Part shown: positions 27,186-37,434 of the stretch, in pieces
How the letters are laid out: every line of letters begins with the position of its first letter
Numbering within the stretch: position 1 is the first letter of the stretch
Source: a virus
Lineage: Duplodnaviria; Caudoviricetes
IMG/VR virus record: IMGVR_UViG_3300029305_003884
Location: 96,001-160,000 of that record
Direction: 5' to 3' (one strand)
DNA: 64,000 bases
Program-made: the position numbers and the translations under genes
Notes under the pieces: model-generated
The model's database searches: none
Seen by the model: the letters and a program-made list of their open reading frames with translations, nothing else
What the model was told of the DNA's origin: nothing

Positions 27186-29789
27186 ATGGCAACTAACATA
27201 TCTCGAAAATACACCAACATATCGTATGATGACATCAGGGACAACCTGTTGACCATCTTTAAGGCTAAGGGTGGCAAGCTTGCTGATTTCAGCACATCTT
27301 CATACGGAAGAATGATGATTGAACTCTTCTCTGGCGTAGCGGACCTTATGGCCTACTACGGTGAAAGCTCGTTCAACAACGCCTTCCTTGAAACTGCCTA
27401 CAACACCCCTGCCATCTATGCTGGTGCGAGAATGCTTGGATACAGCATCCGCCGCCCAGTTCCTGCAAAGGCTGCCTTCGCTATACAGACCAAGAAGACT
27501 GGCGTCTATGGCAAGATTAAGATTTTCATCCCTATGGGCACCCAGTTCAGTATCGGTAGCAGCATCCTTACTGCCGTCAGTGATTCCGAATGGGAATATG
27601 ACCGTAACAACGACCCCGATGAAACGGGCTTGCTGAAACTGATATCGGGAACATGTGTTTGTGCTGAGGGATACTTCAAGGAAACTGTCTTCGTGTCTAA
27701 CGGAACTCAGAACCAGACCTTCTATCTTGCTGATGGCGGGTTTAGTGACTATTTCGGGGAAAATGACCCCAACTATGCCGAAGACCATAAGTTTGAAAGC
27801 AGGAAGAATACTTTCACGAGCGTAACTACTGATGCTTCCCTTGTCGACAACTTCGACAGCACGGATGCCATCAATGGCAACATCTATTGGAGAATCTCCC
27901 GCAGAGGCTTCATTGACCCAGCCTTGGAAAACAAGGTGAACGACATCGAGGCTTTCGTGGAAGGCGAAAACTCCACGACCAACTATACGGTCTTGCTTGA
28001 AACTGCCAACGACGGAAGCGTTCAGGTTAGGTTTGGTGACGGTCTGAAATCCGCCATTCCTTACGGAGAAGTGAAGGTTCACTACTTCTACACCAACGGT
28101 GAGCGTGGAAACCTCATCAATGTTGTCGGAACGAAGATTAACCCGTACAAGTCCAACATTCACATCAGGAACGAGTACGAAAACGAATCCGATATCAAGC
28201 TGGATGACCTGAGTTTCGCCTTGACGAGCGATGTGAGGGGTGGTCTCGATATTGAAAGTATCGACTCCATCAAGAATAACGCCCCGTCAATCTATGCTAC
28301 TTTGGATAGGCTGGTGAACAAGCTGAGTTACCAGATATTCCTCAGCAGGTATGCCGACATCAAGTATGCTACGGCATTTGGCGAGGACATTCTGAATACG
28401 AAGCTGCCTGACGGAACGCTTGACATCAAGTATATGAACCAGGTAAGGTTTACCGCAATCAAGGACCTTTACAGGTTGAAGGAAGATAAGTATTATCCTA
28501 CCGCACCTGACGAGTATTTCCTCTCTGGATTCAAGGTTAACGGCTTGATGTACATCTGGCAATATGACAACCAGAAGATGCCCGACAAGACATGTGCATA
28601 CAAGTTCAGGGATGCGATGGAAACCGCTGTGAATAACATAGCGGAAGTCCTGTACAACAACGACCCATCGCACAACGTCGAGTATTACAAACAGATGATG
28701 GTAAATGCAGTTCCTCATGGCCAGTCATTCCAGGATGTCGTCACCTTGCCGTATGTCGATACGGTGTTCGGTGCTAAGCTGACCCCGTATGACTTTGTCG
28801 AGGTAGGAAGCGAAATTGACAGCATAATGAGGGCTCTGAACCGTCGTGGTATGATTACGGTTGGCGCTGGATACCACATGTATGTGTACCCAGTTGTGCA
28901 TAACTACAACATTAAGCTTGACCTTATCCTGTATCGTGGAAACAACTTCAGTGACATCAAGGAAAAGCTGAAATACAACGTATACAAGTACCTCAAAGAC
29001 AATACAGATTTCAAGACTGGAATTTACAGGTCGAGGATTGCCTCCCTGATTCACGCTTTCCCCGAAGTGGCTGGCGTTAATGTCACGTTCGAGGCGGCAA
29101 ACGACATGTATGACAACCTGGATTTGACCGAGTTGACATGGATGGGTGATGCGACGAGTGAGTACATCACTTCTGGCTCGATAGGCAAGGAAGGATTCAA
29201 CATTACGCTCGACTACACGCACCATGCACCTGGTCATGAGTCCTATACGGAATCTCTCACGTTCCCCGTTCCGTCTCAGACGGAAATGTCTAGCCTTATC
29301 AGCGCCTACTACAAGCAGTATCTGGCAACTACGGCAGATGGCAGGTATGTCATCAGGGAAGGAATCAACGAGGATGACGTAGACAAGTTCGTCGCCTATA
29401 TTTGGGACCTTTTGATGCAGTCCATGTTCAAGTCGATTTATGCCGCATACAAGGATACCCGTGGAACGGGAGACCTCGACCGTGCGAACAGGTATTACGA
29501 CTTGATTGATGCGATAAAGGGATGGACGCTGACGAAGGAAAATAAGCTGGCTTTCGTCGATACGGACGTTGTGACTTCCTTGAAGGAAACGAACGGAAAC
29601 TTCATGTATGACTACATCCGTTACGGATTGGAATACGTGAAGCTGGTCAGAAACATCCTCCTCTACAAGGTTGCCAAGAGCCTTATCGACAAGGACGGAA
29701 ACATCACGAACTATTCTATGGACAATGAGATTGTCCAGTGCGAGATACATCCCGAGGACATCACGATTTCCTACGACAGGGAAATCTAA
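27186..29789 (+). CDS. gp6: Baseplate wedge subunit (T4 gp6-like)
   Basis: YDDIRDNL..DFSTSSYGRMMIELFS..AFLETA..ARMLGY, VRFGDG, GGLDIESIDSIKNNAP. Confidence 0.88.
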   Translation: MATNISRKYTNISYDDIRDNLLTIFKAKGGKLADFSTSSYGRMMIELFSGVADLMAYYGESSFNNAFLETAYNTPAIYAGARMLGYSIRRPVPAKAAFAIQTKKTGVYGKIKIFIPMGTQFSIGSSILTAVSDSEWEYDRNNDPDETGLLKLISGTCVCAEGYFKETVFVSNGTQNQTFYLADGGFSDYFGENDPNYAEDHKFESRKNTFTSVTTDASLVDNFDSTDAINGNIYWRISRRGFIDPALENKVNDIEAFVEGENSTTNYTVLLETANDGSVQVRFGDGLKSAIPYGEVKVHYFYTNGERGNLINVVGTKINPYKSNIHIRNEYENESDIKLDDLSFALTSDVRGGLDIESIDSIKNNAPSIYATLDRLVNKLSYQIFLSRYADIKYATAFGEDILNTKLPDGTLDIKYMNQVRFTAIKDLYRLKEDKYYPTAPDEYFLSGFKVNGLMYIWQYDNQKMPDKTCAYKFRDAMETAVNNIAEVLYNNDPSHNVEYYKQMMVNAVPHGQSFQDVVTLPYVDTVFGAKLTPYDFVEVGSEIDSIMRALNRRGMITVGAGYHMYVYPVVHNYNIKLDLILYRGNNFSDIKEKLKYNVYKYLKDNTDFKTGIYRSRIASLIHAFPEVAGVNVTFEAANDMYDNLDLTELTWMGDATSEYITSGSIGKEGFNITLDYTHHAPGHESYTESLTFPVPSQTEMSSLISAYYKQYLATTADGRYVIREGINEDDVDKFVAYIWDLLMQSMFKSIYAAYKDTRGTGDLDRANRYYDLIDAIKGWTLTKENKLAFVDTDVVTSLKETNGNFMYDYIRYGLEYVKLVRNILLYKVAKSLIDKDGNITNYSMDNEIVQCEIHPEDITISYDREI

Positions 29790-29798
29790 GGGGCGATA

Positions 29799-32700
29799 AT
29801 GGCAAAGAATCCTATTGCAGTAAATGACGGCGGTCTATTCCGCTTCGTAGATTTCATGAACTACGTCCCAGACTTCCTGAAGGAAGAAGAGGACGTTGTT
29901 ACCCTTATGCAGCTGTTCAGCGACTACCTGAACAACGCTTACAGGAACCTCGAAGATTCGACTAGGTTTACGTTCAACTTTTTTGCTACCGAGAGTACGG
30001 CAAAGGCGATGAAGAACCGCATTGACGAGTTTGTCAAGAAACTGTCTGCATGCGATAGCAACAACCTTTATGTGTACTACCTGTCATTGCCTAGAACCAA
30101 TGCTACGTACAATACGACGAAGGCGTTGAGTTATATCAAGAACAACATCTATTATGAGGGTGAGTTTAGCGAGACAATCCCTCTGGATGTGTACAAGAAC
30201 ATGATGAAGGGCAATAGCAGTGGCGACCCGTCGAACGATGGTGACGTAATCTATATCCAGTACAAGGACAATAGCGTTTATCCGTATTACATTAACAAGG
30301 CAGATAACCTGTTGGTGCTCGACCCGATGAGGACTTCGCAGGACCCGTTCAAGAATACGATGAATGCGATGATTAACGGCGCCCCTCGTGTGATTAAGTT
30401 CATCCCGAAAGATGTGAGCGAAGCTGTTGTTTCCTTTGTCGGTCAGATTAACAACGCCAATGTGTACAGCATCAAGTTCGATGTCACGATTGACGAGGTG
30501 GAGAATTCCCCGTCGAGATACCGTGAGGAAATCGGTACCGACACCATTGATGTAGACCTTTATAAATACTTTGGTGAAAATACCAATTATGTTTCCATAG
30601 ACAACGCCAACGGTGGCGAGATTTTCAGCTGGAATGGCGATGCTCCGACTGGAATATTCTACTTCAAGGACCTGTATGAGTTCATGAACGGAAAGGACTC
30701 GTATATCTATCAGGAATACAGGATAGAAAAGGTAGAGTTTATCGAGAACGAACAGAATCCGAACCAGTCTGGCTCTGGATATCTGACTTTGTCCAATGTG
30801 GTCAACCTTAATGTAGGCGATTCGTTCATTATTGAAAGCAACGAGATTGTCGGAACTAGCGGCGCCCGTGATGTGACGCTGGCTGGTCAGTATACTGTCG
30901 AGACCGCACCTTGCGGAAACATATTGAAGGTAAAGTTCAGGGATGTGATAGACCTTACTCCTGGCGTATCTCGTGTAAAATACATGACTATGCCCAACAG
31001 GCTGTATAAGTATGCGGTGTCTTATTCTCATCTTGGTTACGATTATGGCAATGTAACGCCGAAACTCGAATGGGACCCAGACGCTTCCATAAATGCGGAA
31101 GCGGTTAAGGTAGGCGATACTGTATATCCGTACACGACTAGGGGTAACAAGAAGATTGGCGAACTCCGTTTTGAAAACATGTACAGTTTTGAGGACGACC
31201 CTAACGATTCCGATAACTACATAAACGTGAAGGTTAAGAATTTCGTGGATATTCCAGGTACTATCGAAATCATTGCGGGTAACCACTACTATTTCGAATG
31301 CCGCCATGATGAGATGGAATCCGAAGAATGGGTCGATGCGCTTGACAGTGCGTTTGGTGATGCTTTTGATACTCCATTGGCAAGCTATTCCGTATCTGGC
31401 GGACGTTCGTATTTCAGAAAACTGACAGATAACGGACAGGTTAAGTTCCCGTTGGGAAAACGAAGCATAAAGAGGGCTGATGCAGATTCGTTGGTGGTCG
31501 ATGTATATGCGATGGATGCTGCGATGGGATACTTTACAGACGAATATGATGCCCGAGATGTGGAGATGCACAGCGATGTCGTTCCTGAAGTAGGCGACTT
31601 CTGTTTAATATCAAAAATTGAGCGTGGTGATGAAGGAATTATTCGAACCGAAGATAACAAATTGTATACGATTCAGCAGGCCACTCTGATGGACCCTGCT
31701 GGTGCAAAGTATCATGTATGGTTTGATAAGGATATTCCTGAAATAACCGATGGAAACGATGAACCTACGATAAATGGATTATATGAGTTCACATTCTTGA
31801 AAGGACCCGCTAATAGGTCAAGGGCGGTTATTGGTTCAGTTGAAGGTAATACGGCAAAATGCCGTTATTGGTATGAAGATATATACACTGCGGATTACTG
31901 GATGCCGTCGGACGGTTCCTATCTGCTGAAGTGTGCCTACAAAGATGAATTTAATGATGTCATACGGATTAAGGAATTTATCCCTGGCAATGGATACAAG
32001 ACTGGTGATATGGTCTACTGGCCGTTGACCAAGTCTATCTACCGTGTTACGAAGCCTATCTCTGGTTCTGAGAGCGAGAGTGAATTGATTGAGAAAGGTG
32101 CCGTCGTACCTTATATGTACACGGTTGCCGACATTGCAAGAAAGCCGATTTACAACGATTACATGGAAGGAATCTTCCGTACATCGCAGCTTGAATATGG
32201 TGAGACGGTTGACATTGACCAGTATGAGAAGCTGAATGACGTATTGAACAGGTTGTTCATTGAAAAGGCGGATGATAACAGGCTTATATTCGGATGGAAG
32301 GATAGGGACTTCCTGATGAACATGGCTACTTACAATACGTCGGGCAAGGCTAGGACGGGTTTCTGTGAATTCTATACGACATACGATGAAAATGACATCG
32401 TATTGAAGAACATGGAGAACTACTCGATAGCCAGCACGATTCCGGGGGAAGGCGTAACCTTGAAGGGCCTAGCCAATACGCTGGATATCACTGCAATGAG
32501 ATTGAACGCAACAGAAACCGCCGCTGGCACATATATTGTTACCGTAACTGCGGCAAAGCACAACCTGCCAGACCAGTCTAAAGTCAGGGTCAGCGGGGCG
32601 GTCAGTCCTTACGAAATGTTCGACTTCAATACCCCGCCTAACGAATTCGATATCATTACCGTCATCGACCAGGATAACTTCACGTACGTAAGGCATTCTG

Positions 32701-34988
32701 ATTATGACGAATCGAACATCACTGCTAGGGGAAATGTGACTATCACTGGTTATCGTGACATCTACAACCCGATAACTAGGATAGACTATTATCTCACGCA
32801 GCCTGCGGAGGAAAAGTACAAACCTGGGTATCTGTACATACACACGGCATACCCGCACGGCTATTCAATCTACACGAAGGCAACTATTGTCAATGCTCCG
32901 ACAAATACCGCCAATGACGGATGGATTAACGAAGTCCTCGGAAGCAAGCACAAGGTCGATGTGATTGTAGATGACTACGTCTATGGAATTAAGCTCGATG
33001 CCGTTCACGTTCCTCTTGAAGGGGCTGAGTGGCTCCATTACGAGACGGGTTCCTCTCACTCGAACAATCAGTTGGAAAACTCGTATTCGATGGTTTCCCC
33101 TGAAGAAGGTGATGTCTTGAAGGTGGGCGACACGTACTACAAGGTTGGCATAATGGATTGGACGGAACTCTCTGGTGATACCATCGAGACACCGTTCTAT
33201 CTGTATACCCACCAGAACATCATGGACATCTCGTCAACTAACCCGTCGAGCGCCAAGGGTGACGAAAACTTGATAGAATCCATTACGTTTGACGGAAACG
33301 ATACCGTGACGGTAGTGGTTCATGACAGGATGGACTTGGTCGAGAAGAAGAGCTGTGTGTACATAAGTGCGGTCTACCCGTTGGAATTTGATGGCCGATT
33401 TGTGGTGGATACCGTTGTTACCCCTCGTATGTTCACATACAAGGTGGTGCCGAAGAGCATTCCTGAAAAGGCGGTCTATGCGGTTAACAACTGCAAGATG
33501 ACTTGCACGGAAGGAAAATGGTTCAAGTATCTTGTAAGCGAAGTCATGGTGAACCGTAAGTCCACCTATGAAATCTTCAAGTACGGAATTGCGATTGTTG
33601 ATTCCATCGCACAGAAGCCGTCTCTGGACTATGTGGAAACCGAGATTCCACATGGATACAAAGAGGGCACACGCATTGTCCTGTATGTCGGAGAGAAATA
33701 CTACAACGCCATTGTTACGGGAGTTGTCAACGAAAAGGCATTCCTGTACAAGTTTGCTGACGGCAGCCGTTCAATCGACGTGCTTGGTGGCTATGCATTC
33801 AAAGGTGTGTACATTCCAGAGAATGGACACCTTGACGATGTCGAGCCGCTTGGTATGTATAAGCAGTACCTGAACTGCATTGATGCCGAATACGATTTTA
33901 AGGAAGGCGACATTGTGTTCGCTTATGACAATCTCCATGACGACATGCCTAAGAGGTATATCGTCAAGAAGGGTCTGTGGACACCGTGTACCGAAAAGCG
34001 TATCATGAAAATCAAGAAGATTGATATAGACAGGTATCATAACAACGAGTGGGATAATGCCGCAACGGATGAGATGATTGATGAGTATGTGTACCACCCG
34101 TATACCTACCCTGAAATGGAACGCATGATAGCCGAGGACCTGGATAATGGAATCTCGTCCTACATAATGCCGTTCCACATCAGGAGCTACAACTTCTCAA
34201 GCCCGTACGTGGAGAACATCGACACGACGGAACAGCCGATGCCTCAGTTCAACTCGAAGCATGACTATGCTTCTGTCGCACCTCGCTTCGACATGGATGA
34301 TAAGTTCAAGGGAATCCCAGATATGAAGTATCCTCTGGTTGAAAAGCTGGAACGCCTAATCTATCTCAGGGACGCCAATGTAATCGACTTTGAGCTTATC
34401 GGATATCTGGCCAGGTTCATGGGATATGACATCACCGATGCCAAGAACGACGTTGATGCCAACCGCATGTATGCCACTAGGGAAGACCGTGAAAAGGCTT
34501 TGAGGGAAACCGTGTCCAACCTTCCGCAGTACTACACGCTTGGCGGCACAAGGCCGGGCCTCGAAATGCTTATGGAAACGTTCGGCCTGGTGGCCGAGGT
34601 TATCACGATGTGGACCGATGTCGACCGTCCGTATGACGAACTCATCGAAGAAGACCAGGTTAGCATCCGTGAAAATTCCGACTATGAGCAGGGAAAGATA
34701 AGTAAGTGGGTTCCTACACATCACGTCAAGGTAAAGTTCCGCAGCGATGCCAACTTCGACAACGGTGTCGTTGGTGACGAGAAGGTAAATACCTTGATAA
34801 AGAACATCAAGTGCTTCAAGCCAATCCAGGTTGTGTTCGATGATTTCATCAAGTATCTTGACCTTCCCCACGGGAAAATATATGTTAAGAACGTAACGTT
34901 CACGAACACTGGAAAGACGGACGTGAACATGAATTACAATATCGATGACAGCGAATCTGAGATGTGTGGTAATATATGGGACAAATGA
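29799..34988 (+). CDS. Large baseplate wedge protein (gp7/P2 gpI-like) with internal beta-rich repeats
   Basis: N-terminal YVPDFLKEE..LMQLFSDYL and C-terminal IDFELIGYLARFMGYD..LPQYYTLGGTRPGLEMLMETFG; internal T..PHG/HNL repeats; directly follows gp6. Confidence 0.65.
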   Translation: MAKNPIAVNDGGLFRFVDFMNYVPDFLKEEEDVVTLMQLFSDYLNNAYRNLEDSTRFTFNFFATESTAKAMKNRIDEFVKKLSACDSNNLYVYYLSLPRTNATYNTTKALSYIKNNIYYEGEFSETIPLDVYKNMMKGNSSGDPSNDGDVIYIQYKDNSVYPYYINKADNLLVLDPMRTSQDPFKNTMNAMINGAPRVIKFIPKDVSEAVVSFVGQINNANVYSIKFDVTIDEVENSPSRYREEIGTDTIDVDLYKYFGENTNYVSIDNANGGEIFSWNGDAPTGIFYFKDLYEFMNGKDSYIYQEYRIEKVEFIENEQNPNQSGSGYLTLSNVVNLNVGDSFIIESNEIVGTSGARDVTLAGQYTVETAPCGNILKVKFRDVIDLTPGVSRVKYMTMPNRLYKYAVSYSHLGYDYGNVTPKLEWDPDASINAEAVKVGDTVYPYTTRGNKKIGELRFENMYSFEDDPNDSDNYINVKVKNFVDIPGTIEIIAGNHYYFECRHDEMESEEWVDALDSAFGDAFDTPLASYSVSGGRSYFRKLTDNGQVKFPLGKRSIKRADADSLVVDVYAMDAAMGYFTDEYDARDVEMHSDVVPEVGDFCLISKIERGDEGIIRTEDNKLYTIQQATLMDPAGAKYHVWFDKDIPEITDGNDEPTINGLYEFTFLKGPANRSRAVIGSVEGNTAKCRYWYEDIYTADYWMPSDGSYLLKCAYKDEFNDVIRIKEFIPGNGYKTGDMVYWPLTKSIYRVTKPISGSESESELIEKGAVVPYMYTVADIARKPIYNDYMEGIFRTSQLEYGETVDIDQYEKLNDVLNRLFIEKADDNRLIFGWKDRDFLMNMATYNTSGKARTGFCEFYTTYDENDIVLKNMENYSIASTIPGEGVTLKGLANTLDITAMRLNATETAAGTYIVTVTAAKHNLPDQSKVRVSGAVSPYEMFDFNTPPNEFDIITVIDQDNFTYVRHSDYDESNITARGNVTITGYRDIYNPITRIDYYLTQPAEEKYKPGYLYIHTAYPHGYSIYTKATIVNAPTNTANDGWINEVLGSKHKVDVIVDDYVYGIKLDAVHVPLEGAEWLHYETGSSHSNNQLENSYSMVSPEEGDVLKVGDTYYKVGIMDWTELSGDTIETPFYLYTHQNIMDISSTNPSSAKGDENLIESITFDGNDTVTVVVHDRMDLVEKKSCVYISAVYPLEFDGRFVVDTVVTPRMFTYKVVPKSIPEKAVYAVNNCKMTCTEGKWFKYLVSEVMVNRKSTYEIFKYGIAIVDSIAQKPSLDYVETEIPHGYKEGTRIVLYVGEKYYNAIVTGVVNEKAFLYKFADGSRSIDVLGGYAFKGVYIPENGHLDDVEPLGMYKQYLNCIDAEYDFKEGDIVFAYDNLHDDMPKRYIVKKGLWTPCTEKRIMKIKKIDIDRYHNNEWDNAATDEMIDEYVYHPYTYPEMERMIAEDLDNGISSYIMPFHIRSYNFSSPYVENIDTTEQPMPQFNSKHDYASVAPRFDMDDKFKGIPDMKYPLVEKLERLIYLRDANVIDFELIGYLARFMGYDITDAKNDVDANRMYATREDREKALRETVSNLPQYYTLGGTRPGLEMLMETFGLVAEVITMWTDVDRPYDELIEEDQVSIRENSDYEQGKISKWVPTHHVKVKFRSDANFDNGVVGDEKVNTLIKNIKCFKPIQVVFDDFIKYLDLPHGKIYVKNVTFTNTGKTDVNMNYNIDDSESEMCGNIWDK

Positions 34989-36196
34989 GAGAACATTTCC
35001 TGTATGACGCCTTGGTCGTAACGAACAAGGTTGACCCCGAATTGAGGGGAGGTGTACAGGCTAGAATCATAGGTGAAACCGACGAAATTGACGACGATGC
35101 TCAGTATTTCGTCCGCCCAGACATGACCTGTCTGAACGCCGTCCCCGAGAAGGGATATTACCTGAAAGTCTACTTCATCGACGGGGACATAAGGCAGGGA
35201 AGGTATGTGGCGGTTTCTCCGTCAAAGGACGGATTCCTCGATTACAACTACACGGCAAAGAACTCCTATCCTAACGTCGCCGTCTACAACCTTGGTGGTG
35301 ACGGATTCATGCGTTACTACGACAGGGCGAAGCAGATGAGTACGATAGACTGCCCGAACGGGGGTCATATCGTATGGGATGGAGAAAGCAAGATTTTGAT
35401 GACGAGCGACAAGGCTTACGGCAATGCTGGAAACGGGGCCAACAACAATGAAGGTGTACCCGAACATGCCGTATTGACCGAGGCGTCGATAGACATATTC
35501 ACCGCAATGCCTGTCGGAAAGGGTGTCCTTAACCAGGGAAGTGAATATCTGACTATCCCGCATGTTTCGGCTAAGACCATCGAGATGTACAACAACCCGA
35601 CTGCGGACAACAAGAGCAATGAACCGTCCGTCATAGTCGAGGGCGACCCGAGCGCAACGTTCCTTCCTATCAATGATGCTAATGGTAAGAAGGTTGATGA
35701 AGTCGAACTGTCATTGACTCGAAACTACATTTCGAGATTCGACAAGAAGATAGGCAAGATTATCATCGGTATCAGCGATTCCAAGACGTTCCCCGAGATG
35801 GCTGACGAGTTCATGAAGGAAGGGTCGCAGTCCAGCGCCCATTACCTTGTGGGCCAGATAGAAGGTGACCCTGAAATTGCATCTGAATCTAAGACGGGCA
35901 TACTCAACAACTCTGGTTTCTTGCAGTTCGTCCAGTTGGACCAGGATGCCTATTATGCCAGCGGACTGGAATACAATGACGAGGCGGCGAATAAGAATGC
36001 CGTATCTATCGTGCTTGTCGCATCCGAGAACCCGCTGTCTACGATTGGTTCGTACTCTACTTACCAGAAGAACATGGTGAAAAAGCTGATTGCTCACATA
36101 AGGGCCGAAGCAAAGGATGATACGATTCCAGTAATCAACGCCAGCGATTTGGATGGGCGACCGTCGCTACCAAAGGTATCAGAAACATTTGAATAA
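34976..36196 (+). CDS. Baseplate hub/spike protein (gp5-like OB fold) with a C-terminal amidase_2/PGRP-like domain
   Basis: VDPELRGGVQARIIG and VPEKG..V.FIDGD (gp5/Vgr OB fold); SSAHYLVG..LQFV..DAYYA..NKNAVSIVL..YQ (amidase_2 fold). Confidence 0.7.
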   Translation: MGQMREHFLYDALVVTNKVDPELRGGVQARIIGETDEIDDDAQYFVRPDMTCLNAVPEKGYYLKVYFIDGDIRQGRYVAVSPSKDGFLDYNYTAKNSYPNVAVYNLGGDGFMRYYDRAKQMSTIDCPNGGHIVWDGESKILMTSDKAYGNAGNGANNNEGVPEHAVLTEASIDIFTAMPVGKGVLNQGSEYLTIPHVSAKTIEMYNNPTADNKSNEPSVIVEGDPSATFLPINDANGKKVDEVELSLTRNYISRFDKKIGKIIIGISDSKTFPEMADEFMKEGSQSSAHYLVGQIEGDPEIASESKTGILNNSGFLQFVQLDQDAYYASGLEYNDEAANKNAVSIVLVASENPLSTIGSYSTYQKNMVKKLIAHIRAEAKDDTIPVINASDLDGRPSLPKVSETFE

Positions 36197-36224
36197 AAAA
36201 TGCCGACCATTGGTCGGCATTGTT
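36195..36224. terminator. Bidirectional terminator between convergent genes
   Basis: AAAAAATGCCGACC-ATT-GGTCGGCATT. Confidence 0.8.
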
Positions 36225-36226
36225 CG

Positions 36227-37336
36227 TTATAGGTCGGCCCAGGGGTCATCCCCTGCGTCCAGCGAGGATGTTTCGACGACATCTCCTTTGTGGGCATTAG
36301 CAAAGGCTGCCCTTTGGTTTGTTAACAGTTTTGCTCGTTTTTTCTTTTCCTTGCTGATAGGCTTGTCGAAGTCGGCTGCATCTCTGTCGGACATATCAGA
36401 ACTTGGGATAAAGCTAACGAAGTCAGCGAGTGTTGTGTCTACCGATTCCACTGTGGTGTCTGAGGAGAACCTGTCGACATCTGCTTTTGGCTTTGTGTCC
36501 TTGTCGGAAGGATTCTCAAGCATTTTTTCGGCGTCCATGCGTTCTTCAGGAGTAGCTTCATGGCTGTCATCATCGCTGTCATAGAAGCCTTTTTCGTATG
36601 TAGAGATGTCAGAAGTGACCGTTGCGTCGAACTGGTTCGCAACGAAATTGTTAATATCTTTTGCTAACGAGAAGATTGACGATTCGTTACTAAGAGTGGC
36701 TACTCTGAGCTTATCGTGGAATGCAGCAGCAATATCTTTCAATAGCTGAACTACATATGTACCTGAACCGATAACGCTAAGACATTTGTCCATGCGGTCA
36801 GTATTGTAAGAGTTCCTCCTCCTGCCGGCAAGCGCTTCGGCCTGCCTCATGTACTTGTCTGAGTCGAATGAATTGAACTTGCTGATTAGCCAGTCTATGA
36901 ATTTGGCCATGTTGTCTATATCACTGGGTTTACATAGGTTTTTGTCAAGTAGCTTAGGTGCTACCTTGACGTAAGCGTCAGCCAGCGTTGTGCCTGCTGT
37001 CGATTCAGTGCGTTTTGGTTCGGAAATCTCATCCTCAATTTCGGCGATATCGTCCGCAGGGTCTGGAGTGGTTCGTTCGCTAAGGTTGTCAGCAAGCGTG
37101 CTTGCGTCGACACCGTTTGCATCGAAGTCGTCGTCGGTGGATTCGTCATCATTATCAATGTTAAGGACGTTTTCGCTGTCGTCTTCGTAGTATGCTTCAT
37201 CAGAGTCCAAGTCGTCATATAGACCGATAGCATTTTCAAGGCATACCTTGAATAGTTTCGTCAGTGCTTCGAGCTCTGGTTTCTGAACCCCCATCTGTGC
37301 GACGGATTCGGTAAAAAGTCTGAGTCGGTTGGTCAT
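36227..37336 (-). CDS. Hypothetical acidic late protein with an N-terminal propeptide-like motif (putative internal head protein)
   Basis: ORF downstream of a late motif; N-terminus RLFTESVAQMG..ELEALTKLFKVCLENA. Confidence 0.7.
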   Translation of the reverse strand: MTNRLRLFTESVAQMGVQKPELEALTKLFKVCLENAIGLYDDLDSDEAYYEDDSENVLNIDNDDESTDDDFDANGVDASTLADNLSERTTPDPADDIAEIEDEISEPKRTESTAGTTLADAYVKVAPKLLDKNLCKPSDIDNMAKFIDWLISKFNSFDSDKYMRQAEALAGRRRNSYNTDRMDKCLSVIGSGTYVVQLLKDIAAAFHDKLRVATLSNESSIFSLAKDINNFVANQFDATVTSDISTYEKGFYDSDDDSHEATPEERMDAEKMLENPSDKDTKPKADVDRFSSDTTVESVDTTLADFVSFIPSSDMSDRDAADFDKPISKEKKKRAKLLTNQRAAFANAHKGDVVETSSLDAGDDPWADL

Positions 37337-37362
37337 GAACAATCCTGTGTCATTTACTTAAT

Positions 37363-37372
37363 ATAGTTTATA
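37363..37372 (-). promoter_or_regulatory. Putative late promoter TATAAACTAT
   Basis: Exact decamer on the minus strand. Confidence 0.75.
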
Positions 37373-37400
37373 AGGGGGTGGAACGGATTCCGTGCCACAT

Positions 37401-37410
37401 TATAAACTAT
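37401..37410 (+). promoter_or_regulatory. Putative late promoter TATAAACTAT
   Basis: Exact decamer, divergent partner of the 37363 copy. Confidence 0.75.
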
Positions 37411-37434
37411 TGTTGTATTTCAGAGACTATCGAT

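Noticed and set aside
30084-31571. Long antisense ORFs (e.g. 30084-31571, 13594-14820, 42871-43956, 55780-56847, 28725-29750, 10779-11642)
   Set aside because: They are shadows of strongly biased sense-strand genes, with no RBS, promoter or protein-like motifs.
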